In this document: positions 46,323 through 56,270 of the stretch, in pieces
Position numbering within the stretch: position 1 is the stretch's first letter
Layout: each line of letters opens with the position of its first letter
Assembly: GCA_947483555.1 (NCBI GenBank)
Contig: CANKMW010000015.1
Span: forward strand, 26,425-90,424
Source of the DNA: Myxococcales bacterium
Lineage (GTDB): Bacteria; Myxococcota_A; Polyangia; Haliangiales; Haliangiaceae
DNA: 64,000 bases
Direction of reading: 5' to 3'
The notes under the pieces: generated by a model
Database searches by the model: none
What the model saw: only the letters and a program-made list of their open reading frames with translations
Told to the model about the DNA's origin: nothing
Position numbers and translations under genes: made by a program

Positions 46323-46985
46323 GTGAACGAATCGTGGACGCTTCGTGAGCTTCGCCAGCAGGTCGAGACCCGACTGGCTGACGACGAGGCGCCTGCGAAC
46401 GGCCAGGTACGGGCGGTCCCCGACGAGCGTGGCATCCGGTACTACACGACGCTCGGTCTGCTCGACCGCCCGCTGCTCCGCGGTCGGACCGCGGTCTACG
46501 GTTCGCGGCACCTGGCGCAGGTCGTGGCCATCAAGCGCTACCAGAGCGAGGGCAAGACGCTCGCCGAGATCCAGGTGTTGCTGCCGGCGCTCGACGACGC
46601 CGGGCTGGCGAGGCTCTCCGGCGTCGAGCTGCGAGCGACGCCGCGTCCCGCCGCCCGGCGTGACTTCTGGCGTCACGCGGCAGCCGAAACCGAAACCGAA
46701 ACCGAAACCGAAACCGAAACCGAAACCGAAACCGAAACCGAAACCGAAACCGAAACCGAAACCGAAACCGAAACCGAAACCGCACCCCTCACCCAGCTCC
46801 TCGAGCTCACCCTCGCCCCCGGCGTCCGCCTCGCGTTCCTCACCACGCGCCCCGCCACCGCCGCGGACGCCGGCGCCCTCCTCTCCGCCGCCTCGCCTCT
46901 GCTCGCCGAACTGCTCCGCCGTCACCTCATCTCGCCCGCGAACCCGATCACCACCCTCGAACGTTCAGTGGAGGACCCCCGATGA
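46323..46985 (+). CDS. MerR-family HTH transcriptional regulator with internal (Glu-Thr)17 linker
   Basis: The N-terminal MerR HTH is VPDERGIRYYTTLGLLDRP...SRHLAQVVAIKRYQSEGKTLAEIQ. The in-frame (GAAACC)17 array encodes ETETET.... The stop overlaps the downstream VIT-vWA gene start. Confidence 0.7.
   Translation: MNESWTLRELRQQVETRLADDEAPANGQVRAVPDERGIRYYTTLGLLDRPLLRGRTAVYGSRHLAQVVAIKRYQSEGKTLAEIQVLLPALDDAGLARLSGVELRATPRPAARRDFWRHAAAETETETETETETETETETETETETETETETETAPLTQLLELTLAPGVRLAFLTTRPATAADAGALLSAASPLLAELLRRHLISPANPITTLERSVEDPR
46684..46787. repeat. (GAAACC)~17 perfect hexamer tandem repeat
   Basis: Visible in the sequence. It is in-frame within the MerR-like CDS. Confidence 0.95.
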
Positions 46986-49537
46986 TGCCCATGCCCATGC
47001 CCATGCCGATCACGATCGAGCCGACGCTCACCCACCCCTACCGAGGCGATCACGGCTTCGGGTGCCTGGAGACGTCCCGCGGCCGCCTGCCGCTGGCCGC
47101 GCTCGAGGTGGAGGCTCGGATCACCGGGCTGGTGGTCGCGACCGAGCTCCGGCAGACGTTCGTGAATCACACCGGCGCCGCGATCGAGGCCACGTACATC
47201 TTTCCGCTGCCCGATCGCGCCGCCGTGCACCGCTTCCGCATGGAGGTCAGCGGACGGGTGGTCGAAGGCGTCATCGACGAGCGTGGGCGCGCGCGTGACA
47301 CCTACGACCAGGCCATCGCTGCCGGTCAGCGGGCCGCGATCGCCGAGGAGGATCGGGCCGGGGTGTTCACGCTGCGGGTCGGCAACCTGGTCCCCGGCGA
47401 TCACGCCATCATCACCCTGTCGATGGTGGGACCACTCCCCGTCGAGGACGGCGAGGTCACGTACGCGTTCCCGCTGGTGGTCGCACCGCGCTACATCCCG
47501 GGCGCGGCGCTGGGCGGCGATCAGGCCGGCACCGGCATCGCCGATGACACCGATCGCGTCCCCGACGCGTCGCGGATCTCGCCGCCGGTGCTCCTGCCCG
47601 GCTTTCCGAGCCCGGTCCGCCTGGCGCTGGCCGTGATCGTCGATGGCGGCGGCCTGCCCATCGCCGCGCTGCGCTCGAGCCTGCACGAGGTCCACGCCGC
47701 CCCCGACGGCAGTGGCTGGCGCGTCGAGCTGCGCCCGGGCGAGCGCCTCGATCGCGACTTCATCCTGCGCTGGACCATCGGCGACGCCGCCCTGCGCACC
47801 GGCGCGGTGTGGGCGCCCGACGACGATGGCGAGGGTGCCACCGCGGTCATCACCCTGGTGCCACCGGCGGGCGCCGCCGCGCTCGGCCGCGCCCGCGATG
47901 TCGTGCTGGTGCTCGATCGATCGGGCTCGATGGACGGCTGGAAGATGGTCGCCGCCCGCCGCGCCGCCGCCCGCATCGTCGACACCCTGGGCGAACGCGA
48001 CCGGTTCGCCGTGCTCGCGTTCGACACCGCGATCGAGGCACCGCCCGAGCTCGGTCCGCACCTGGTGGCCGGCGGAGATCGCAACCGCTTTCGCGCCGTC
48101 GAGTTCCTGTCCGGGGTGACCGCGCGCGGCGGCACCGAGCTGGCCGGGCCGCTCGAGCTGGCGTCGCGGCTGCTCGCCGGCCGTGACGACCGTGATCGAG
48201 TGCTGGTGCTGGTCACCGATGGTCAGGTCGGCAACGAGGACGAGATCCTGCGCCGTCTCGCGCCCGGCCTCGGCGCGGTGCGGGTGTTCACGCTCGGCAT
48301 CGATCAGGCCGTCAACGCGGCGTTCCTGCGCCGCCTCGCCGCCGCCGGTGGTGGTGCCTGCGAGCTGGTCGAGAGCGAGGACCGGCTCGACGAGGTGATG
48401 GCCAAGATCCACCGTCGGATCGCGACCCCGGTGCTGGTCGACGTGTCGCTGAGCGGCGACGGCCTCGATCTCGTCACCCAGGCGCCGCGGCGGTTGCCGG
48501 CCGTGTTCGCCGGCGCGCCGCTGGTGGTCCGCGCCCGCTGGCGCGGTCGGCCGCGGCCCGGCACCATCATCGAGCTGCGCGGCCGCTTGCCGGCCGGCAC
48601 CGAGTACGTCGAGCGCATCGTGCTCGACTCGGCGCGGACCGGCGCCGCGCTGGCCCAGTCGTGGGCCCGCGCCCACATCCGCGATCTCGAGGATCAGTAC
48701 GCCGCCGGCGCCGCGGACAAGGCCGCGATCGAGCGCTCGATCGTCGCCGTCTCGCTGCGTCATCGCGTGCTGTCGCGCTTCACCGCGTTCGTCGCCGTCG
48801 ATCGGCAGGTCGTCAACCCGGGCGGCAACCCGCGCGTGATCACGCAGCCGGTCGACCAGCCCGCCGGGTGGGGCGGTCAGGAGCGGACCGGTGGGCGCAG
48901 CTCCGTCGGCGGCCTCGCCGCGCCTTCGCCGGCAGCGATGCCGGCGATGCCGATGCCGATGCAGAACTCGGCGGTGCCGATGGGTGGGCCGCCCGTCATG
49001 GGCGGCTTCGGTTCGGCCCCGGCCGGCAGCGCCCCGCCGGCGCCCGGGCGCATGTTCGCCAAGCGCGAAGCGTTTGGCCCGGCCGACAAGAGTGTCTCGA
49101 GCGTCGGCGCGCCGCCACCGCCACCCGCCGCCGCGGCGCGGCCGGCGCCGCAGGTGGCCCCGCGCCGGAAGCGCAAGGACCGGCCCGAGGAGGCGGACGA
49201 CGCGGGTGTCGTCGTCGCCATCGATGGGGCGCCCTACGTCGCGCGCTTGCTCCAGCTCGCCGAGGACCTGACCCGGGCCGCGACCGCGGTGGTCCCGAGC
49301 GCCGCGGCGCAGCTTCCGGTCGCGCGGCTCGTCGAGCTGCTCGAGGATCTGCGCACCGTGGGCCTCGACGACCTGGCCCGGCAGCTGGCGCCGATCGTCG
49401 ATCGCCTGCGCGGGGCGCTGGTGGCGTCGGAGCTGGTGGCGACGCTCGCCGAGGCGGCGACGGCGCTGCGCGCGCTCGCGACCGATGGCGGCAGTCCGAC
49501 CGCGCCGCGGCGCCGCGGCTGGGCGTTCTGGCGCTGA
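46982..49537 (+). CDS. cytoplasmic VIT + von Willebrand factor A domain protein with long Pro/Ala-rich and helical C-terminal extension
   Basis: The start is ATGATGCCCATGCCCATGCCCATGCCG (MMPMPMPMP). The VIT domain is LEVEARITGLVVATELRQTFVNHTG...YIFPLP. The vWA MIDAS is VLVLDRSGSMDG...TELAGPL...VTDGQ. No signal peptide. Total length is 851 aa. Confidence 0.85.
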   Translation: MMPMPMPMPITIEPTLTHPYRGDHGFGCLETSRGRLPLAALEVEARITGLVVATELRQTFVNHTGAAIEATYIFPLPDRAAVHRFRMEVSGRVVEGVIDERGRARDTYDQAIAAGQRAAIAEEDRAGVFTLRVGNLVPGDHAIITLSMVGPLPVEDGEVTYAFPLVVAPRYIPGAALGGDQAGTGIADDTDRVPDASRISPPVLLPGFPSPVRLALAVIVDGGGLPIAALRSSLHEVHAAPDGSGWRVELRPGERLDRDFILRWTIGDAALRTGAVWAPDDDGEGATAVITLVPPAGAAALGRARDVVLVLDRSGSMDGWKMVAARRAAARIVDTLGERDRFAVLAFDTAIEAPPELGPHLVAGGDRNRFRAVEFLSGVTARGGTELAGPLELASRLLAGRDDRDRVLVLVTDGQVGNEDEILRRLAPGLGAVRVFTLGIDQAVNAAFLRRLAAAGGGACELVESEDRLDEVMAKIHRRIATPVLVDVSLSGDGLDLVTQAPRRLPAVFAGAPLVVRARWRGRPRPGTIIELRGRLPAGTEYVERIVLDSARTGAALAQSWARAHIRDLEDQYAAGAADKAAIERSIVAVSLRHRVLSRFTAFVAVDRQVVNPGGNPRVITQPVDQPAGWGGQERTGGRSSVGGLAAPSPAAMPAMPMPMQNSAVPMGGPPVMGGFGSAPAGSAPPAPGRMFAKREAFGPADKSVSSVGAPPPPPAAAARPAPQVAPRRKRKDRPEEADDAGVVVAIDGAPYVARLLQLAEDLTRAATAVVPSAAAQLPVARLVELLEDLRTVGLDDLARQLAPIVDRLRGALVASELVATLAEAATALRALATDGGSPTAPRRRGWAFWR

Positions 49538-49594
49538 CCGGAGACTGATCGTCGGCTGACCGCCACGGCGGCGCGCACCTGCTACCTTGGTGGC

Positions 49595-50386
49595 GTGGTG
49601 CGCGCCGTCTGCTGTTCGGTCCTCGTGCTGGTCGCTTGTTCGGGCCGCGCCGCGGAGCGCGGTGGCCGCGATCGCCCGGGCTCGTCGGTCGCGCTCGCGC
49701 TGACCGCCGACGCCGCGCCGTCGCCGCCGCTGGCCGTCGCCGCGCCACCGGACGCGGCGACCGACGCACCGCCGGCGCCGGCCGCGATCATCGTCGACAC
49801 GCCGATCGCCTGGCCGCCCGAGCGCGACGCCGCCATGCTCGCCTATCGGCGCATCCACAGCGACGACGCTGCCGCCGACACGACGATCACGCCGCGGATG
49901 ATCGTCCTGCACTACACCGCCGGCGGGTCGGCGAAGGCCACCAAGGCCTACTTCGACCGCCTCCACCTCGAGGCCAGCCGGGCCAAGCTCCGCGCCGGCG
50001 GCGACGTCAACGTGTCGGCACACTTCCTGGTCGACCTCGACGGCACCATCTACCGCCTCATGCCGGAGACCCGCATGGCCCGCCACGCGATCGGCGTCAA
50101 CCACGTCGCGATCGGGGTCGAGAACGTCGGCGACGAGGATCGGTGGAAGCTCACCGACGCCCAGGTGGTGGCCAACGCGGCGCTGATCCGCGACCTCGTT
50201 GCTCGTCACCCCATCGAGGTGCTGGTCGGCCATCACGAGGTCCGCGACCTCGAGGGCACGCCGTGGTTCGTCGAGCGCGATCCGACCTACCGCAACACCA
50301 AGCCCGATCCCGGCGCCCGCTTCATGGCCGCGGTCCGCGCCCGGGTCGTCGATCTCGGCCTGCGCGGCCCCGCCGACGTGAAGTGA
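49595..50386 (+). CDS. N-acetylmuramoyl-L-alanine amidase (amidase_2/PGRP family) lipoprotein
   Basis: The lipobox is VLVLVACSG. Amidase_2 motifs are MIVLHYTAGG, SAHFLVDLDGTIY, ARHAIGVNHVAIGVE and the zinc ligands H...H...C/D context. Confidence 0.8.
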   Translation: MVRAVCCSVLVLVACSGRAAERGGRDRPGSSVALALTADAAPSPPLAVAAPPDAATDAPPAPAAIIVDTPIAWPPERDAAMLAYRRIHSDDAAADTTITPRMIVLHYTAGGSAKATKAYFDRLHLEASRAKLRAGGDVNVSAHFLVDLDGTIYRLMPETRMARHAIGVNHVAIGVENVGDEDRWKLTDAQVVANAALIRDLVARHPIEVLVGHHEVRDLEGTPWFVERDPTYRNTKPDPGARFMAAVRARVVDLGLRGPADVK

Positions 50387-50402
50387 CCGCGGCCCCGCGG
50401 AT

Positions 50403-52670
50403 TCACTGGTGCCAGAACGCCAGCGCGAGCAGCCGGTCGCGATCGGTCAGCACGGCGGCGTGGCGATCGACGATGACAGCCCAGCGCGCGGCCTCGACGT
50501 CGGCGCCGGCCAGCCGCAGGAGGTCGCGACGCATCGCGGCGTAGGCGACGCGCTCGAATGGATCGTCGGGCAGGTTGTCACGGAAGTAGGTCAGGGCGGT
50601 GGCCAGCTCGGCGCGGCCGTGCTGGACGCGGGGAACGACCGCGAGCAGCGTTTGCGCGGTGCTCCCGATCCAGTAGAAGCCGCAGCCCTGGATGACGCGG
50701 GCCAGCGCCACGCCGTCGCCGCGCTGGGCGGCGAGGATCGCGGCGTGACGCTCGACGTCGCAGGCCGGGTTGCCGTAGACGGCGTTGTCGAGGTCGACCG
50801 CGTCACCGCGGCGGACATACAGCGACTCGGCGTAGCGCTCGGCCGGCGGTAGCTCGAGCTCGGTGGTGGTGGTGTGGAGCTCGACGCCGGCGACGAGCTT
50901 CAGGGCCTCGTCGCTCTGGTAGGGGCGCAACGGCTCGGGTACCAGCGTTGCCACCTCGCGGGCCGCCGCCCGGGCGGCGGCAAGGTCGCCGCGCAGGACC
51001 GCCTGGTTCGCGGCCCAGGCCAGCGCCTCGGCCAGCGCCATCGGATCGACCTCCGGGCCACGCAACGCCGCGACGACGTCCGGCGCCAGCCAGGTCCGCA
51101 CGGCATCGCGGCTATCGCCGATCAGCCCGCGGACCGCATCGTGCAGGCGTGGTTCGTCGAACCGGCGGCGCGGACCACGCTCCATCCAGAGCGCCCGCTC
51201 GACCGCGTGCGCCGCTTCGTAGCCGTCGTCGTCGTCGACGCGCGCCCGCTGCTCGACCAGGTACGCCGTGCGCTCGGCATCGGGCAGGGTCAGCGCGGCC
51301 ATCGCGACGCATTGCTCGGCGCCGGGTTGCGCGGCGTGCTCGCGGAGCCGCGTCGCTGCGAGGGTGTCACCGGCGTGATGCTGGAACAGCTCGGCCAGGC
51401 ACCCGTAGCGGTGCTGTCGGGCGCGGGCCCAGCGGCCTTCGGCGGCGGCGTCGTCGGCGGCCATCGCCAGCGCCGCCGCGCTGGCCTGTTGCCAGCGACC
51501 GGCGGCGATCCAGATCTGGCCCTCGCGATGGACCCAGTCGATCTCGACGTCGGGCAGCAACACGGCGGCCTCGTCGAAGCGGCCGAGCGCGACCAGCGCG
51601 TCGAGCTCGGCGCGGCGGCGGTGGCAGGCGACGGCCCGCGCCCGCGCCTCGTCCCAGCGCTCGTGAGCGAACAACACACCGATCGCGCCGGCGCAGCCCA
51701 GGCGCAGCTCGGCGAGCGCGACCAGGCGGCGAACCGCGGCTTCATCGCGGTAGGAGTGACCGCTCAGATCGTTCTCGAGGTACCTGAGCCCCAGCGTGCG
51801 GTGGAACGGTGACAGCGCGGCCAGCGCGCCGAGATCGAACCTGCCGAGCACCATCGGGCCGCGGACGCTGCTGACGTCGCGCTCCTTGAGGGCGTCCTTC
51901 GCGTACTTGCCGGTGCAGTGGATCGACGTGAACATCGCCGCGCCGGCGAGCGCCACGGTCACGACGGCGCGGGCGACGCCGAGCGCGGGCGCCGCCGTCG
52001 CCGGGCGCAGCGCGTGGAGCGCGAGCGGCTGACCCGCGGTCGCGGTCAGGGTCCATCCGCCAGCGCCGTCGCGATATCCGCCGGTGAGGTCGCCACCGTC
52101 GGCGCGATGGGCGAGCACGCCGTCGACCGCGACCTCGTCACCGGGCGCCAGCGTCGACAGCCGGGCGCCGATCCCGCCCTTCTCGCCCCACCAGCGCCGC
52201 TGCAGCGAACCGTGCGCGGCGCGGGTCACGTCGGCGAGTGGGCCCGGCGTCCGGCGCGGGAATCGTCGCCACGACGACCTCGTCACGGTGCCGTGCGCGA
52301 CCGTCACGTCGCCGATCAGCTCGACCCGCTCGCCGCTGCAGTCGAGCCACAGGACCGGCGCCCGCACGGCGGTGAGGTGCGGCGGCCGGGGCGGCGGGGC
52401 GTCGGACAGCTCGATCGTCGCGGCGGCGATGCCGCCCTCGGCGCCCTCGGCGTGCAGGATGCCGCGCACCACCGCCGGCTGGTCGGTCAGCGTCGTCGTC
52501 GCGGCCGCGGCGAGCGCGGCACAGGCGCGGTGAGCGACGCGCCGCGCCTGCCAGGCCCGCCGGGCGAGCCGGAGTCCCAGCCCCAGCCCGCCGGCGGCAA
52601 CCACCAGCACGATCCAGAACCACCCACCGTGAACGACCAGGAAGGGCAGCGCGTCCGAGTGCGGCTCCAC
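50403..52670 (-). CDS. hypothetical large membrane-anchored protein (755 aa), Ala/Arg-rich helical C-terminal half
   Basis: The N-terminal TM is FWIVLVVAAGGLGLGL. Then comes a beta-rich region, and then a long helical repeat-like (TPR-like?) region. No family was identified. Confidence 0.5.
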   Translation of the reverse strand: MEPHSDALPFLVVHGGWFWIVLVVAAGGLGLGLRLARRAWQARRVAHRACAALAAAATTTLTDQPAVVRGILHAEGAEGGIAAATIELSDAPPPRPPHLTAVRAPVLWLDCSGERVELIGDVTVAHGTVTRSSWRRFPRRTPGPLADVTRAAHGSLQRRWWGEKGGIGARLSTLAPGDEVAVDGVLAHRADGGDLTGGYRDGAGGWTLTATAGQPLALHALRPATAAPALGVARAVVTVALAGAAMFTSIHCTGKYAKDALKERDVSSVRGPMVLGRFDLGALAALSPFHRTLGLRYLENDLSGHSYRDEAAVRRLVALAELRLGCAGAIGVLFAHERWDEARARAVACHRRRAELDALVALGRFDEAAVLLPDVEIDWVHREGQIWIAAGRWQQASAAALAMAADDAAAEGRWARARQHRYGCLAELFQHHAGDTLAATRLREHAAQPGAEQCVAMAALTLPDAERTAYLVEQRARVDDDDGYEAAHAVERALWMERGPRRRFDEPRLHDAVRGLIGDSRDAVRTWLAPDVVAALRGPEVDPMALAEALAWAANQAVLRGDLAAARAAAREVATLVPEPLRPYQSDEALKLVAGVELHTTTTELELPPAERYAESLYVRRGDAVDLDNAVYGNPACDVERHAAILAAQRGDGVALARVIQGCGFYWIGSTAQTLLAVVPRVQHGRAELATALTYFRDNLPDDPFERVAYAAMRRDLLRLAGADVEAARWAVIVDRHAAVLTDRDRLLALAFWHQ

Positions 52671-52699
52671 CTCCGATCCGTATCACGGTTCCGGCACCG

Positions 52700-53806
52700 T
52701 CACCTGCGCTGTTCCTTCACGGCCCGCTCGTAGAGCACCATGTAGTCGTCGGTCATGCGCTCGGCCGAGTAGCGCTCGAGCGCGACCTCGCGGGCGCGGG
52801 CGCCCATGGTGCGGGCCCGAGTCGGATCGTCGATCAGCCGGCGCAGGCGATCGCGGAGCTCGACCTCGTCGACGGCGGTGAGAAACCCGGTCTCGCCATC
52901 GTCGACCACCGCGGGGATGCCGCCGACCGCGGTCGACACCACCGGCAGGCCGGCCGCCATGGCCTCGGGCACCACCAGCGGCAGGCCTTCGCTCTTCGAC
53001 GACAGGCAGAAGGCGTCGAACGCCGGCAGCAGCCGGGCCACGTCCATGCGGCGGCCGAGCACCAGGGCGCGACCCGGGTCGGGCAGCGCCGCCACCGCAG
53101 CGTCGAGCGCGGCGCGGGTCGGTCCATCGCCCACGAACACCACGTAGACCTGCGGCCCGAGCAGCGGCGCCATCGCGGCCAGCAACAGGGTCTGGTTCTT
53201 GAACTCGTCGACGCGCCCGACGGTTCCGACCACGAATGCGTCGGCGGCGATGCCGAGCTCGGCGCGGACCGCGGCGCGCGCGGCGGCGCTGGGCGCGAAG
53301 TTCTCGAGCCGGATGCCGTTGGTGATCACGACCAGCCGGCGCTCGGGAGCGTCGCCCAGGGTCCGGGCCTGCTGGGCGGTGACGGTCGACACCGCGACGA
53401 ACGAGCTGACCAGCTTGGCGGCTTGCCGGCGCAAGAAGCGATGGCCGCGCGAGCCGGGGTTGATGCCGTGCTTGGTGTGGATGGCGGCGGCACCGGCCAG
53501 ACGTGCCGCCGCGGCCCCATAGATGAGCGGCAACGGGTTGTGGGTGTGGACGACGTCGGCCTGGCGGCGCCGAAACACCCACGCCAGCCGCGGCACCAGC
53601 GTGGCGTCGGTGCCTGGCCCCTTGGCGATCCGCACCACCTCGGCGCCGACGGCGCGGAACTCGTCGGCCAGCGGTCCGTCGGGCGCCGGCGCCAGCGACA
53701 CCGCGGTCACCTGGTGGCCGCGCCGCACCTGCGACGCCGCCAGATCGAGCGCGACGCGCTCCTGGCCGCCGACGCCGAACGAAGACAGGACGTGGACGAT
53801 CACCAC
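52700..53806 (-). CDS. glycosyltransferase family 4 (GT-B, glycogen-synthase-like)
   Basis: A GTG start gives VVIVHVLSSFGVGGQERVALDLA, the GT4 N-terminus. The C-terminal EGLPLVVPEAMAAGLPVVST is the E-x7-E motif region. Confidence 0.75.
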   Translation of the reverse strand: MVIVHVLSSFGVGGQERVALDLAASQVRRGHQVTAVSLAPAPDGPLADEFRAVGAEVVRIAKGPGTDATLVPRLAWVFRRRQADVVHTHNPLPLIYGAAAARLAGAAAIHTKHGINPGSRGHRFLRRQAAKLVSSFVAVSTVTAQQARTLGDAPERRLVVITNGIRLENFAPSAAARAAVRAELGIAADAFVVGTVGRVDEFKNQTLLLAAMAPLLGPQVYVVFVGDGPTRAALDAAVAALPDPGRALVLGRRMDVARLLPAFDAFCLSSKSEGLPLVVPEAMAAGLPVVSTAVGGIPAVVDDGETGFLTAVDEVELRDRLRRLIDDPTRARTMGARAREVALERYSAERMTDDYMVLYERAVKEQRR

Positions 53807-53817
53807 CGGGCGGGATG

Positions 53818-56232
53818 TTACTCGACGCCGACCCGGATCGCCTGCGCCAGGCGGGCGAAGGCGGTGACCAGGCGGGCAGCCGCGTCGTCGCCGGTGGCGG
53901 CGCGGCTTCGCCAGGCCGGCAGGCGATCCTGACGGATTCGCCACACCGCGTTCTGAGCGTCCCAGAGATCGACCGGCGAGTGCATGGCGGCGGCGATCTC
54001 GGCCATGCGGGCCAGGCGATCGACCGGCGCCGGGTCGTCAGGCGCGGCGGCGAGCTGATCGATCATACGGTGCAGCGCGAGGCCGGCGGCGTAGGCGATC
54101 GCCGGGGTGTCGAGATCGACGTGCACCTGCGTGGCCTCCGCGATGGTGGCTCGCACCTCGTCGAAGCTCGGCACCGGTCGCTCGAGCGCGCCGAGGATGC
54201 GGCGGCGCAGCACCAGCTCGGCCGCGATGGCGAACGGATCCGGCACCGGCAGGTCGTGGCGGACCAGGAAGCGCATCAAGGGCGCGTGCTCGTCGTAGAG
54301 CCCACGGTAGACCGCGTCGGCATCGCGCAGCTCGGTGGCCAGGATCCGATCGAGGACCGCGGCGCGCTCGCGCGCGAACAGCGAGCCGAGCGAGAAGGTG
54401 GCGCCGCCGAACCCGCGATCGAGGACCCGCTGGGTGGCGAGCAGATCGGCGCCCAGGAAGACGTCGGCGAGCTGGTCGGCGAACACCATCCACGCCGCGG
54501 GGTCGACCTCGGTGCGCACGCCGCCGACCAGGTGGTGTTCGCCGACATGGAGGACCGCGAACACCAGCTCGGTGGCCTCGCCGGTCAGGTCCGAGGCCAC
54601 CCGGGCGACGCCGGCCAGCAGCCGCGCCTTGCCGGTGCGGCGTCGCAAGACGTCATGCGGCGTGACCCGGTAACAGTAGACGTCCTCGGCCACCGGCTCG
54701 CCGTCGGCGAGCACCTGCAGCGTCGCCCAGTGTGCGACCACCTTGGGCAGATCGACGCGGGCCGACACCACCCGCTCGCGCCACACCTGACGGCCGTCGC
54801 CGGCGGCGGCCAGGTTCGAGCGCGCCCCGGCCAGGCGGTCGACGAACGATTCCTCGACGCGCTGGCCACTGTCGCCGCCCAGCCGCTCGCACAGCTCGCA
54901 CACCCGCGCCGCGTACTGCAGGATCTGCACGGTCTCGATGCCGGCCAGATCGTCGAAGAACCAGCCACAGCTGGTGTACATGAGCATGGCGTGGCGACCG
55001 AGCTCCATCAGCTCGAGGGCCCGCACGCGCTCGCCGGCGTCGAGGACGCGGCCGGCGTGGCGGTCGAGGAAGGCGTCGCTGCGGCTGCGGTCGAGCAAGA
55101 CGTCGACGTAGTCGTCGCGCGCCGCCCACGGGTCGACGAACAGGTCGCGACTGGCGCGCTCGAGCACGTCGGCGGCGCGGTCGCGCAGCCAGTCGAGCGC
55201 ATCGCGCAACGGCCGCCGCCAGCCCTGGCGCCAGGTCGGTTGACCGCCGCTGTTGCAACCGCAGTCCTCGCGCCAGCGATCGATCCCGTGGGCGCAGCTC
55301 CACGCCGTCTCGTCGCGGATCTCGACCTCCCAGGTGGCGGGGAAGCGGGCGCGAAATTCCTCGTAGACCGTGAGTCGAGCGCCGACGTGGTCGCCACGCT
55401 CGATCGACGTCAGCGCCCACGCCAGCGCCATGTCGCCGTAGCGATGGTGGTGACCGTAGGTCTCGCCGTCGGTGGCGATGTGGGCGAGTACCGTCGCGCC
55501 CTTGCCGGCGTCGCCAGCGACCAGCCGGTCGGCGAGCTGCGCGCCATCGGTGAGCAACTTGTCGAACGCCACCTGGCGCGACAGCCCGCCATCATAGAAG
55601 AACAGATCGATCGACCGGCCGGAGGGTAGCGGGCAGCGGTAGACGCGGCCCGGATCGGCGGCGGCGACGTCGTGCCAGGCCGCGCCCGGCGCCCGCACCC
55701 GGGCCGCCTGGTACGGCGCCAGCACCGTGAACGCGATGCCCTCCGCGGCCAGGACCTCGAGCGATTCGGTCGACACCGCGCATTCGGGCAACCACATGCC
55801 GACCGGATCGCGGCCGAAGCGGTGGCGGAAGTCGCGCAGCCCCCAGCGTACCTGGGTGACCTGATCACGCCGCGTCGCCAGCGGCATGATGAGGTGGTTG
55901 TAGGCCTGCGCCATGGCCGCGCCGTGGCCGCCGAAGCGGTCGCGGCTGGCGTCGTCGGCACGGACGATCGCGGTGTGAACGTCGGGCGCCTCGCGCTCCA
56001 GCCACGCCATGAGCGTCGGTCCGACGTCGAAGCTCATGCGCGCGTAGTTGTCGATGATGCCGAGGATCTGGCCGCGGCCGTCCACGATGCGAGCGCTGGC
56101 GTTGGGCCGGTAGCACTCGGCGGTGATGCGCTGGTTCCAGTCGGGGTACGGCGCCGCGCTCGGCTGCGGCTCGATGGCGTCGAGCCACGGGTTCTCCCGC
56201 GGCGGCTGGTAGAAGTGGCCGTGGACGCACAC
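53818..56232 (-). CDS. glycoside hydrolase family 57 protein with DUF3536-like C-terminal domain
   Basis: VCVHGHFYQPPRENPW is the GH57 N-terminal signature. HLIMPLA and WLPECA catalytic-region motifs are present. The upstream G/R-rich codons of the six-frame ORF are discounted, and the exact start is uncertain. Confidence 0.75.
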   Translation of the reverse strand: MCVHGHFYQPPRENPWLDAIEPQPSAAPYPDWNQRITAECYRPNASARIVDGRGQILGIIDNYARMSFDVGPTLMAWLEREAPDVHTAIVRADDASRDRFGGHGAAMAQAYNHLIMPLATRRDQVTQVRWGLRDFRHRFGRDPVGMWLPECAVSTESLEVLAAEGIAFTVLAPYQAARVRAPGAAWHDVAAADPGRVYRCPLPSGRSIDLFFYDGGLSRQVAFDKLLTDGAQLADRLVAGDAGKGATVLAHIATDGETYGHHHRYGDMALAWALTSIERGDHVGARLTVYEEFRARFPATWEVEIRDETAWSCAHGIDRWREDCGCNSGGQPTWRQGWRRPLRDALDWLRDRAADVLERASRDLFVDPWAARDDYVDVLLDRSRSDAFLDRHAGRVLDAGERVRALELMELGRHAMLMYTSCGWFFDDLAGIETVQILQYAARVCELCERLGGDSGQRVEESFVDRLAGARSNLAAAGDGRQVWRERVVSARVDLPKVVAHWATLQVLADGEPVAEDVYCYRVTPHDVLRRRTGKARLLAGVARVASDLTGEATELVFAVLHVGEHHLVGGVRTEVDPAAWMVFADQLADVFLGADLLATQRVLDRGFGGATFSLGSLFARERAAVLDRILATELRDADAVYRGLYDEHAPLMRFLVRHDLPVPDPFAIAAELVLRRRILGALERPVPSFDEVRATIAEATQVHVDLDTPAIAYAAGLALHRMIDQLAAAPDDPAPVDRLARMAEIAAAMHSPVDLWDAQNAVWRIRQDRLPAWRSRAATGDDAAARLVTAFARLAQAIRVGVE

Positions 56233-56270
56233 CCAGCGTTCGCCGCCGGCGCCGCCGCCGCCGCCGCCGC

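Noticed and set aside
46922-50236. A 1104-aa minus-strand ORF antisense to the VIT-vWA and amidase genes.
   Set aside because: It is Arg/Gly/Asp-rich low-complexity with no domains. The plus-strand genes have clear VIT, vWA and amidase_2 motifs.
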